Shown piece after piece: positions 10,364 to 19,133 of a stretch of 64,000 nucleotides of DNA. Below the pieces are notes generated by a model that searched no databases, had not been told where the DNA came from, and saw only the letters and a program-made list of their open reading frames with translations. The translations under genes and the position numbers were made by a program. Location of the stretch: positions 164 to 64,163 of the forward strand of contig CALWIU010000045.1 in NCBI GenBank assembly GCA_944380845.1, written 5' to 3'. The DNA comes from an uncultured Clostridia bacterium (lineage in GTDB: Bacteria > Bacillota > Clostridia > Oscillospirales > Acutalibacteraceae). Numbering within the stretch: position 1 is the first letter of the stretch; each line of letters opens with the position of its first letter.

Positions 10364-10960
10364 ATGCTGATCGATATTTCAGCGGATATCACCCTTGCGC
10401 CGGTTTATCCCGGTGATCCGCAGCCGGAACGGCAGCAGGTGCAAAGCCTTGAAAAAGGCGATTTTTGCAATCTGTCCACGCTGTTCTGCTGTCTGCACAA
10501 CGCAACGCATATCGATGCGCCGCTGCATTTTGTGAAGGACGGCAGGTCGATCGAGCAACTGCCTTTGGTGGTGTTTATCGGTCCCTGTCATGTTGTAAGC
10601 GTCGAGCCCGGCGCCATAGACGGGCAGACGGCGCGCAAACTTTGTCCGGATGGCTGCAAACGGCTGCTGGTCAGGGGCGGCGGCAAGGCGTATTTTTCCC
10701 CGGAAGGGGCAAAAGCGCTTGCTGAAACCGGTCTTTTGCTGGTGGGGATCGACGCGCCCTCCGTCGGCGGCGGGGACACACAGCGGGAAACCCACACGGC
10801 GTTTTTGCAAAAGCCTGTCGCCCTGCTGGAAGGACTGCGGCTGGACAACGCGCCGGACGGCGACTTCCTTTTGCTGTCGCAGCCGCTGCTGGTCGGCGGC
10901 GCGGAGGCTGCGCCGGCACGGGCGGTTTTGGCTTCACCGGCGGACATTTTGGGCAAATAA
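10364..10960 (+). CDS. Cyclase-family protein / arylformamidase-like (kynurenine formamidase fold)
   Basis: HNATHIDAPLHF matches the HxGTHxDAPxH metal-binding motif of the putative cyclase family. RBS AGAGG. Confidence 0.75.
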   Translation: MLIDISADITLAPVYPGDPQPERQQVQSLEKGDFCNLSTLFCCLHNATHIDAPLHFVKDGRSIEQLPLVVFIGPCHVVSVEPGAIDGQTARKLCPDGCKRLLVRGGGKAYFSPEGAKALAETGLLLVGIDAPSVGGGDTQRETHTAFLQKPVALLEGLRLDNAPDGDFLLLSQPLLVGGAEAAPARAVLASPADILGK

Positions 10961-11132
10961 GCCGGCCTTCTGTGGATTTTACCGAAAAAAATTTTTGCCG
11001 GCTGATGAGTTTTTCTGCTTTGGCTATTGCAATCATTTTCCAAACATTATAAAATTATCCTGAGGATTTTCGGCAAGGCTGGAAATCTGGTTCCCACAAT
11101 CCTTTATATATCATAGATAAGGAGTATAGAGT

Positions 11133-12326
11133 ATGAGTGTGTTAAACAAAAAGACCATTGAGGATCTGGATGTTAAGGGCAAAAAAGTCCTGGTCCGCTG
11201 CGATTTCAATGTAAAGATGGAAAACGGCGTTATCACCAGCGATAAGCGTGTGGTTGCCTCTCTTCCCACCATCAAATATTTGTTGGAGCATGGCGCGCGC
11301 GTCATCCTCTGCTCTCATCTGGGCAGACCGAAGGGCGCATTTGATCCCGCTTTCTCCATGGCTCCGGTTGCCGAGTGCCTTTCCAAGTATCTTGGTCAGG
11401 AAGTAAAACTGGCTTCCGATGTGGTCGGTCCGTCCGCCCAGGAACTTGCCGCTTCCCTGAAAGACGGCGAAGCGATGCTTTTGGAAAATGTTCGTTTTGA
11501 GCCGGGTGAAACCAAAAACGATGTGGAGCTGAGCAAAAAATTTGCGGCTCTGGCTGACATCTATGTCAATGATGCGTTTGGTTCGGCGCACCGCGCGCAT
11601 TCTTCCACCGCCGGCGTTGCCGCGTTTGTGAAAGAATCCGCCATCGGCTACCTGATGCAGAAGGAAGTCGAAGTGATGGGCAAGGCGCTGGAGAACCCCG
11701 CCAGACCGTTCGTCGCGATTTTGGGCGGCGCCAAAGTTTCCGATAAAATCGGCGTTATTGAAAATCTGCTGGACAAGTGCGACACGCTGATTATCGGCGG
11801 CGGCATGGCGTATACCTTTATGAAGGCGCTGGGTCATCAGATCGGCGATTCCCTTTTGGAAGCGGACAAGATCGATCTTGCTAAGGAAACCATGGCCAAA
11901 GCCAAACAGAAGGGCGTCAAATTCCTGATTCCTGTGGATAACAAAGTGGGCAAGGAGTATAAACCCGATACCGAATCGCAGATCGTTCATTCCGACGAGA
12001 TCCCCGACGGCTGGATGGGTCTTGACATCGGACCGGAAAGCCAGAAGCTTTTTGCTGACGCTGTAAAAGGCGCCGGTACCGTCATCTGGAACGGACCGAT
12101 GGGCGTTTCCGAGTGGGAAAACTTTGCGGCGGGCACCATTGCCGTGGCGCAGGCAGTTGCCGATTCCGGTGCAATTTCCATTATCGGCGGCGGCGATTCT
12201 GCTGCGGCGGTCAAAAAGCTCGGCTTTGCTGATAAAATGACGCATATTTCCACCGGCGGCGGCGCATCTCTGGAATTTTTGGAGGGCAAAGAGCTGCCCG
12301 GCATCGCCGCTATTGACGATAAATAA
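11133..12326 (+). CDS. pgk: Phosphoglycerate kinase
   Basis: [32 protein letters not shown]; 397 aa; AAGGAG RBS. Confidence 0.97.
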   Translation: MSVLNKKTIEDLDVKGKKVLVRCDFNVKMENGVITSDKRVVASLPTIKYLLEHGARVILCSHLGRPKGAFDPAFSMAPVAECLSKYLGQEVKLASDVVGPSAQELAASLKDGEAMLLENVRFEPGETKNDVELSKKFAALADIYVNDAFGSAHRAHSSTAGVAAFVKESAIGYLMQKEVEVMGKALENPARPFVAILGGAKVSDKIGVIENLLDKCDTLIIGGGMAYTFMKALGHQIGDSLLEADKIDLAKETMAKAKQKGVKFLIPVDNKVGKEYKPDTESQIVHSDEIPDGWMGLDIGPESQKLFADAVKGAGTVIWNGPMGVSEWENFAAGTIAVAQAVADSGAISIIGGGDSAAAVKKLGFADKMTHISTGGGASLEFLEGKELPGIAAIDDK

Positions 12327-12355
12327 GATTCCGTAAACCGAAAGGACGATTCCAT

Positions 12356-13120
12356 ATGAATAAAGCTCTCAGACGCCCGGTGATTGCGGGCAACTGGAAA
12401 ATGAATCAGACACCTGCGGAAGCCAAAGCGCTTATCGAGCAGATGAAGCCGCTGGTCGCCGATGCAGATTGTGATGTGGTGCTTTGCGTTCCCTATGTGG
12501 ATTTGCAGGCTGCCATGGAAGCAGCGGAAGGTTCCAACATCCGCATTGGTGCAGAAAACTGCCATTGGGCGCAGAAAGGCGCTTTTACCGGCGAGGTATC
12601 CGCCGAAATGCTCAAGGCAATGGGCGTTCCCTATGTCATCATCGGTCACTCGGAAAGACGGCAGTATTTCGGTGAGACAGATGAGACGGTTCAAAAGCGT
12701 GTTCGCGCGGCTCTGGATGCCGGTCTGACGGTGATCCTGTGCGTCGGCGAATATTTGCAGCAGCGCGAGCAGGGCATTACCGAAGAAGTGGTGCGCCTTC
12801 AGACCAAAATCGCGCTGGGCGGTGTTTCCGCAGAGGAATTGAAAAGAATCATTATCGCGTATGAGCCTGTTTGGGCGATCGGCACCGGCAAAACGGCAAC
12901 TGCCGAGCAGGCAAACGAAGTCAATCACGCCATCCGCGTTTGTGTCGGCGAGCTGTACGGCAAAGAGGCGGCAGATGCGCTGGTTGTGCAGTACGGCGGC
13001 TCTATGAACGCGGGCAACGCCAAAGAGCTTTTGGCGCAGCCTGATGTGGACGGCGGTCTGATCGGCGGCGCTTCGCTGAAAGCGGCTGACTTCTCAGTGA
13101 TCGTCGGCGCCGCTTCGTAA
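12356..13120 (+). CDS. tpiA: Triosephosphate isomerase
   Basis: [31 protein letters not shown]. Confidence 0.97.
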   Translation: MNKALRRPVIAGNWKMNQTPAEAKALIEQMKPLVADADCDVVLCVPYVDLQAAMEAAEGSNIRIGAENCHWAQKGAFTGEVSAEMLKAMGVPYVIIGHSERRQYFGETDETVQKRVRAALDAGLTVILCVGEYLQQREQGITEEVVRLQTKIALGGVSAEELKRIIIAYEPVWAIGTGKTATAEQANEVNHAIRVCVGELYGKEAADALVVQYGGSMNAGNAKELLAQPDVDGGLIGGASLKAADFSVIVGAAS

Positions 13121-13185
13121 GTTTTTCCCTGCGCCGTGAGTTTTTCGCGGCGCGTTTTTTTCAGTGCAGCAAAAGGAGTCAAGTT

Positions 13186-14700
13186 ATGAAAAAACCGTAT
13201 GTTCTTTGTATTATGGATGGTTTCGGCTATAACCCGGGCGCAAAGGGCAATGCCATTGAGGCGGCGAACACGCCGAATCTGGATCGCCTGATTGCTGAAA
13301 ATCCGCACACGCTGATCGGTGCATCCGGGCTGGATGTCGGTTTGCCTGACGGTCAGATGGGCAACAGCGAAGTCGGCCACACCAATATCGGAGCGGGCCG
13401 GATCGTTTATCAGATGCTGGTCAGAATTTCCAAAACCATTCAGGAAGGCAAATTGATCGAAAACAAGCCCATCTATGATGCCATGCAGGCTTGTAAAGAG
13501 AAAAATACCGCGTTGCATCTGATCGGACTTTTGTCTGACGGCGGCGTCCACAGCCATATTGAGCATTTGTTCGGCCTTTTGGATATGGCAAAGAAGATGG
13601 GACTTACCCGCGTTTACATTCATGCCATTACCGACGGGCGCGATGTTTCGGTTGAATCCGGCGTCGATTTCGTCCGTCAGACCGAAGCGCATTGCCAGTC
13701 GCTGGGGCTGGGTAAAATCGCCACCATCAGCGGCAGATATTATGCGATGGATCGTGACTTCGCGTGGGATCGCGAGGAAAAAGCCTATGCCGCAATGGTT
13801 TACGGCGAAGGCGATCAGAACGACAGCGCCGTCAAGGCCATGGAAGCATCCTACGCCAAGGGCGTAACGGACGAGTTCGTCGTTCCGGTGGTGATCGACC
13901 ATGAAGGCATGGTCAAGGAAAACGATTCGGTTATCTTCTTTAATTTCCGTCCTGACCGCGCCCGTCAGCTGACCCGTATTTTTGTTGATCCCGATTTCAA
14001 CGGGTTTACGCGCCGGTTCGGGATGTTCCCGGTGCAGTTTGTCTGCATGACGGTTTATGACGCGACGATGCCGAATGTGCGTGTCGCCTTTGAAAGCGAA
14101 GAGCTGAAAATGACCATGGGCGAGTATATTTCCTCATTGGGCATGACGCAGCTTCGTATTGCTGAAACACAAAAATACGCGCATGTGACTTTCTTTTTCA
14201 ACGGCGGCGTCGAGACGCAGTTCCCCGGCGAAGACCGGATCCTGATCCACTCTCCCGATGTAGCGACCTTTGACCTGAAACCGGAAATGAGCGCCTATGA
14301 GGTTTGCGACGCGGTGGTCGAACAGGTTCTGGCGGGAAAATATGATTTGATTATCATCAATTTCGCGAATTGCGACATGGTTGGTCATACCGGCGTTTTT
14401 GATGCTGCGGTTCAGGCGGTTGAGGCAGTCGATACCTGTGTGGGCAGACTGGCAGACGCGGTAGAGCAGATGCACGGTAAAATGATTATCACTGCCGACC
14501 ATGGCAATGCCGATAAAATGCTGGATGAAAACGGCGAGCCCTTCACGCCTCATTCCACGAACCCGGTTCCTGTCATTACGCTTGGACAGGACAAACCCCT
14601 GCGCAGCGGCGGCCGGCTTTGCGACCTGTGCCCGACTCTGCTGGAGATGATGGGGCTTCCTCAGCCGGAGGAAATGACCGGAAAAAGTCTGATCATCTGA
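13186..14700 (+). CDS. gpmI: 2,3-bisphosphoglycerate-independent phosphoglycerate mutase
   Basis: LCIMDGFG, NSEVGHTNIGAGR, SDGGVHSH, ADHGNAD; 504 aa. Confidence 0.97.
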   Translation: MKKPYVLCIMDGFGYNPGAKGNAIEAANTPNLDRLIAENPHTLIGASGLDVGLPDGQMGNSEVGHTNIGAGRIVYQMLVRISKTIQEGKLIENKPIYDAMQACKEKNTALHLIGLLSDGGVHSHIEHLFGLLDMAKKMGLTRVYIHAITDGRDVSVESGVDFVRQTEAHCQSLGLGKIATISGRYYAMDRDFAWDREEKAYAAMVYGEGDQNDSAVKAMEASYAKGVTDEFVVPVVIDHEGMVKENDSVIFFNFRPDRARQLTRIFVDPDFNGFTRRFGMFPVQFVCMTVYDATMPNVRVAFESEELKMTMGEYISSLGMTQLRIAETQKYAHVTFFFNGGVETQFPGEDRILIHSPDVATFDLKPEMSAYEVCDAVVEQVLAGKYDLIIINFANCDMVGHTGVFDAAVQAVEAVDTCVGRLADAVEQMHGKMIITADHGNADKMLDENGEPFTPHSTNPVPVITLGQDKPLRSGGRLCDLCPTLLEMMGLPQPEEMTGKSLII

Positions 14701-14734
14701 GGCGTTTTTCTGCCTTATGGATCAGGAAGTCTGT

Positions 14735-14780
14735 GCCGGAGCAATGCTTTTCTTTTGCTCCGGCGCAGGCTGTTGTTTTT
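14735..14780 (+). terminator. Hairpin terminator after gpmI
   Basis: 10-bp stem GCCGGAGCAA / TTGCTCCGGC (14735-14744 / 14755-14764). A T-run follows about 10 nt later (GTTGTTTTTT). Confidence 0.5.
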
Positions 14781-14909
14781 TATACCGAATGAAATAACCG
14801 CTGCCGTGGAGACATGGCAGGTGTCCGGTTGTGTGAAATATTTGTGTGAAATTCTAAAAATTGCCATCTTTTTTGTCGGTATTTCTAATATTTTCTATAG
14901 ATGTTATGC

Positions 14910-14938
14910 TTGACTTTTTCCTGAACATGGTGTAGAAT
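14910..14938 (+). promoter_or_regulatory. Sigma-A-type promoter
   Basis: TTGACT, 17 nt, TAGAAT, with TG at the extended -10 position. Upstream of the bare-dockerin gene. Confidence 0.6.
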
Positions 14939-14996
14939 ACAGCTTGAAAGTAACTTTGTTGCTTCAAAGTCTATTTATTTGTACGGAGGAAAAGAA

Positions 14997-15569
14997 ATGA
15001 GAAAAAGTTCTAAAAGCCTTTTGGCTGCAATTGTTTCTGTTGTCCTTGTCCTGTGCATGAGCATGGTCGTTGTCTTCACGGCATTTGCGAATGACGCTCC
15101 CGTCGTTGCTGTTGAGCCGACGACTGCGGAAGGAACGACGGCTGCTGCCGACGATTCTACCGTTCCTGCTGAACCCGAAGAGACAACTACCGCTGTTGCT
15201 GAGCCCACCGAGCCCGTTGAGCCGGATGAAACCACAACGGATGCTGCTGATACCACTGAGCCCGTTGACCCGGTTGTCGGTAAAGTCGGCGATGTCAACA
15301 AGGACGGCGTGATTAACACCACTGACGCTCGTCTTGCACTTCGTATTGCTGTTGCTCTTGAGCATGCTGATGAACTTCAGCTGATCCTTGCTGATGCCAA
15401 CGGCGATATGTATGTAAAGAGCGGCGACGCCCGTATGATCCTGAGATATGCTGTACAGCTTTCTAACAGCGATGACTGCATCATCGGCAGCGATGTCGTA
15501 GCGAGCCAGGTCGCTGAGGATGGCGTAACGGCTGTTAACGATGTCAGCGAGGTTGTTACCGCTGCGTAA
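14997..15569 (+). CDS. Secreted dockerin-only protein (signal peptide, Thr/Pro/Glu linker, dockerin)
   Basis: MRKSSKSLLAAIVSVVLVLCMSMVVVFTAFA signal peptide. Low-complexity EPTT/EPVE linker. Two dockerin Ca-loop/helix segments, GDVNKDGVINTTDARLALRIAV and ADANGDMYVKSGDARMILRYAV (nt ~15288-15461). GGAGG RBS. Confidence 0.8.
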   Translation: MRKSSKSLLAAIVSVVLVLCMSMVVVFTAFANDAPVVAVEPTTAEGTTAAADDSTVPAEPEETTTAVAEPTEPVEPDETTTDAADTTEPVDPVVGKVGDVNKDGVINTTDARLALRIAVALEHADELQLILADANGDMYVKSGDARMILRYAVQLSNSDDCIIGSDVVASQVAEDGVTAVNDVSEVVTAA

Positions 15570-15640
15570 GAACGGCTGTTGACTGACAGATTCGTTCTTT
15601 GTTTGGCAGTCTGCGTACTGCTTACTTAACTTTGCTTAAA

Positions 15641-15671
15641 AAACGGTTTGCTTTGGCAAACCGTTTTTTTT
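15641..15671 (+). terminator. Rho-independent terminator
   Basis: ACGGTTTGC / GCAAACCGT stem, 4-nt loop, T8 tail. Confidence 0.8.
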
Positions 15672-15771
15672 GTGCTCTTTTGCTTTTTGTTAGAAAATTA
15701 CGAAATCTATTGCAGATAATAAAAAAATATGGTATTATTTTCTTATCTGACAAAGAAATCGAGGGGTCAAT

Positions 15772-17187
15772 ATGGCAAAAAAGAAAGCACTTTCCCAAAC
15801 AAGGCTGAGCGGCCGCATTCTTTGGAACCTGCTGATGTTCGGCTTTATGGGACAGGTCGCATGGAATGTAGAAAATATGTTTTTTAATACCTTCCTGTTT
15901 AACTCGGTTTATGCCGATGCGCCGCAGCAGGCGGTGGACGGATCGATCGGCGTGATGAGCGCCATTAACCTGATGGTTGCCCTGTCGGCGGCGACGGCGG
16001 TGATCACGACCTTTATCATGGGCGCATGGAGCGACCGGATGAACCGGCGCAAGGTGTTTATTTCCGTCGGGTATTTGATTTGGGGCTTGACCGTTATGGC
16101 CTTTGGGTACATCACCAAGGACAATACCGCCGCGCTTTTTTCCCTGAGCGACCCGGTGCGTATTTTGACCGCGACGGTTACCATCGTGATCGTCATGGAC
16201 TGTGTCATGACCTTTTTCGGTTCGACTGCCAACGATTCGGCGTTCAACGCCTGGGTAACGGATGTAACGGATTCCGGGAACCGCGGCACGGTGGAGGGCA
16301 TTCTTGCCATCATGCCTTTGGCAGCCATGGCGATCGTCATGGGGCTTGGCGGCGCCATTGCCACCATCGGTTATCATATCTTTTTTATCGCGCTCGGCGT
16401 TTTTGTTTCTCTTTGCGGCGTGGTTGGATTTTTCACTTTAAAGGATTCCAAAAACGGGGAAAAACAAAAAGACGGCAGCTATTGGCGCGATTTAGTTTAC
16501 GGGTTCCGTCCGTCGGTGGTGCGGGAAAACGACCGGCTGTACCTGACGCTGGGCGCTGCCTGTATCTTTAACATCGCCGTGCAGGTGTTTTTCCCGTATT
16601 TGTTCATTTATTTACAGCACGGGCTGGGGCTGGATCTGAATTCTCTTCTTGCCAATCTGACGCCCGGGGTGATCGTGCTGCTTGTGGTTGCTGTTGCGGT
16701 GATTGTGACGGCGATTATCGGCATGGGAAAACTGGTGGATCGTTACGGAAAAAAGCATTTTATCAATTTATCGGTCATTCTGTTTGTTGCCGGGCTTTTT
16801 GCCGGGACCTTTGCCGAAAGCCTCGGAATGTTTCTTGTCTGCTTTATTCCCGCGCTGATCGGCTATGGGATGCTGATGATTATGCTGAATGCGGCGGTGC
16901 GTGATTTTACGCCGGAAAACAAAGTCGGGCTGTTTCAGGGGGTTCGGATGATTTTTATCGTCCTGATTCCGATGATCGTCGGCCCCACAATCGGAAATTT
17001 GTCGATCCGGTTTTTTGATTCGGTACCGTATACCAACGATTACGGGATCGTGACCGAATGCCCCGGCGGCTCCATGTTCGCCGCGGCGGCGGTTGTATCG
17101 CTTCTGATCTTTTTGCCGGTGTACTTTTTGCAGAAAAAAGGCATTGATATCAGGCAAACGGAGAAAAGCAGGAAAGGGGAAAAATAA
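15772..17187 (+). CDS. MFS transporter (GPH/oligosaccharide:cation symporter-like)
   Basis: About 12 TM segments. WSDRMNRRK loop between TM2 and TM3, typical of MFS/GPH carriers. 471 aa. Confidence 0.85.
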   Translation: MAKKKALSQTRLSGRILWNLLMFGFMGQVAWNVENMFFNTFLFNSVYADAPQQAVDGSIGVMSAINLMVALSAATAVITTFIMGAWSDRMNRRKVFISVGYLIWGLTVMAFGYITKDNTAALFSLSDPVRILTATVTIVIVMDCVMTFFGSTANDSAFNAWVTDVTDSGNRGTVEGILAIMPLAAMAIVMGLGGAIATIGYHIFFIALGVFVSLCGVVGFFTLKDSKNGEKQKDGSYWRDLVYGFRPSVVRENDRLYLTLGAACIFNIAVQVFFPYLFIYLQHGLGLDLNSLLANLTPGVIVLLVVAVAVIVTAIIGMGKLVDRYGKKHFINLSVILFVAGLFAGTFAESLGMFLVCFIPALIGYGMLMIMLNAAVRDFTPENKVGLFQGVRMIFIVLIPMIVGPTIGNLSIRFFDSVPYTNDYGIVTECPGGSMFAAAAVVSLLIFLPVYFLQKKGIDIRQTEKSRKGEK

Positions 17188-17188
17188 A

Positions 17189-19120
17189 ATGAAAAAGAAT
17201 TGGCGTAACTTTCTGGCAGCCGGCCTGGTGCTCGCGCTGCTGCTGAGCTCTTTGCCGCTTTCGGCAGGCGCGTCGGAGTGGTCGGATAATCCGGTGGTCC
17301 TGCTGCCCGGATACAGCTCTTCCGCTTTGGAAAAGGTGAATGCGGACGGCACAACGGAACAGGTCTGGGGTGTGGATACCGATGCGATCCTGCAAGCCGC
17401 ACTGTCGCGTATTGCGCAGCTTGCCGTGGGGCTGGGACTGGCTGCTTCCGGCAGTGATCCGGCTTATCTTGCGAAAATCGTCGGTGAGGAATCGTATGCG
17501 ATTTTGGACGGCGTGCGCTGTGCGCCGGACGGAAGTTCGGTTTATGATGTGCATACGGTGTACAGCGAGCCGGAAACGACCAACAACGCCTATTATCTGG
17601 CGCATCCGGACGAGAGCTGGGCAATGTATGAAAGCGATATCATGGGGGATCTGGGCGAGCTTGTCGATCCGGGAATGCTGTTTAATTTTAATGTGGATTT
17701 CCGCATGGGCGCGATCGATTGTGCCGAACAGCTTCATGTGTATATTCAGAAGGTTTTGGCGTATACCGGTAAAGAGAAGGTCAATCTGCTGGCAATCAGC
17801 CACGGCGGGCAGGTCGCCGGAACCTATTTGAGTCTGCACGGCACGGAAGGGCTTGTCGATCATGCGCTGCTCGTTGTGCCGGCGCTGGGCGGCGCCGGTC
17901 TGGCCTATGATTTTTTGAACCGGGATATTGACTTTGATGAGCAGACTCTGGTAAAATTTATTGAGCACGGATTTATGAGCGAGACGGATTATCACTGGCT
18001 TGTCCGTGCGGAAGCGACGGGTTTTTTAGATGATGTTCTGTATGAACTGATCCCGTATTTTCTGGATTCGGTGCTGTATTGGGGCAGCATTTGGGACTTT
18101 ATTCCCACTGCGTATTACGAAGAGCTGAAAGCGCGGTATCTGGATGAAACACAGTCTGCACAGCTCATCGAAAAATCAGATCGGATGCACGAGCAGATCA
18201 TGCCGAATTATGCCGAGTCTTTTGCCGCCTGCCGCGCAGCCGGGGTGAAGCTGAACATCATGGCGGGCACCGATCTGCCGATTGTAACCGGACTTCAGCA
18301 GAACTCCGACGCAATCATTACCACGGCATCTTCTACCGGCGCGTCATGCGCGCCTTTTGGTCAGCGGTTTGCCGATGGGTACCGGGGCAAAGGCTGCGGC
18401 GACGCAAGTCACGAACACCTTTCGCCTGCCATGACGGTGGATGCTTCCACTGCGTATTTGCCGGAAAACACCTTCTTTGTGGAAGGGCTGTTTCACGGCA
18501 TGGAATATTGGGATGCGCATACTTTTGAGCTGCTGAAAAAGCTGCTGCTCACCGATGATATCGAGGATGTGCATTCCGACCCTGCTTTTCCGCAGTTCCA
18601 CGCCACGACCAATCCGGAACAGGCGGTCACGGCGTATTTCGATCATAGTCCCGAGGGATATGTATCTGAGGAAGATACCTGCCTGCAAATCAAAAATCTT
18701 TCGTCCAGGTATCCGGTTCTGGTCGTTTCCGTGGATGTCGCCGGGGCAGATCTGGTGATCCCGGGCGGGAAACGGATCGCGCCGGGAGAGACGCTTTCCT
18801 TTGCGGTCAGCGGCGATGTGGGCGAAACGGCAAGACGGAAGGTGCAGGTTAAAATCCATTATTGCACTTCGCTGGAAACCTTTACGCCGGTGGGCGAACG
18901 GACGCTCAGTTTTATGACGCTGGGCAAAACCGACGCCGCCTTTGATCCGCAGAATCCGTATGCCCCGCTGGATGTGATCAAAAGCGCATTTCCGGAAATT
19001 GCCGGCGACCGGGCGGAAAGCGTTTTGACAAAGCTGGGGCTTTTGGAGTTTGTGGAAATGTTCTTTGATATGATCTATACGATTATAAAAAATATTCAAT
19101 TGCTATTTCAGATAGGATGA
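17189..19120 (+). CDS. Secreted alpha/beta-hydrolase, lipase/LCAT-like
   Basis: Start re-set to ATG 17189, 1 nt after the MFS stop: MKKNWRNFLAAGLVLALLLSSLPLSAGA signal peptide. Motifs NPVVLLPGYSSS, nucleophile NLLAISHGG, NSDAIITTAS, GLFHGME. Paralogue of 7298..8803. Confidence 0.65.
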   Translation: MKKNWRNFLAAGLVLALLLSSLPLSAGASEWSDNPVVLLPGYSSSALEKVNADGTTEQVWGVDTDAILQAALSRIAQLAVGLGLAASGSDPAYLAKIVGEESYAILDGVRCAPDGSSVYDVHTVYSEPETTNNAYYLAHPDESWAMYESDIMGDLGELVDPGMLFNFNVDFRMGAIDCAEQLHVYIQKVLAYTGKEKVNLLAISHGGQVAGTYLSLHGTEGLVDHALLVVPALGGAGLAYDFLNRDIDFDEQTLVKFIEHGFMSETDYHWLVRAEATGFLDDVLYELIPYFLDSVLYWGSIWDFIPTAYYEELKARYLDETQSAQLIEKSDRMHEQIMPNYAESFAACRAAGVKLNIMAGTDLPIVTGLQQNSDAIITTASSTGASCAPFGQRFADGYRGKGCGDASHEHLSPAMTVDASTAYLPENTFFVEGLFHGMEYWDAHTFELLKKLLLTDDIEDVHSDPAFPQFHATTNPEQAVTAYFDHSPEGYVSEEDTCLQIKNLSSRYPVLVVSVDVAGADLVIPGGKRIAPGETLSFAVSGDVGETARRKVQVKIHYCTSLETFTPVGERTLSFMTLGKTDAAFDPQNPYAPLDVIKSAFPEIAGDRAESVLTKLGLLEFVEMFFDMIYTIIKNIQLLFQIG

Positions 19121-19133
19121 GATGAGGTAACCC

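Noticed and set aside
11142-13902. Minus-strand ORFs 11142..12245, 11987..12928 and 12925..13902
   Set aside because: They are antisense to pgk, tpiA and gpmI, which carry textbook motifs.
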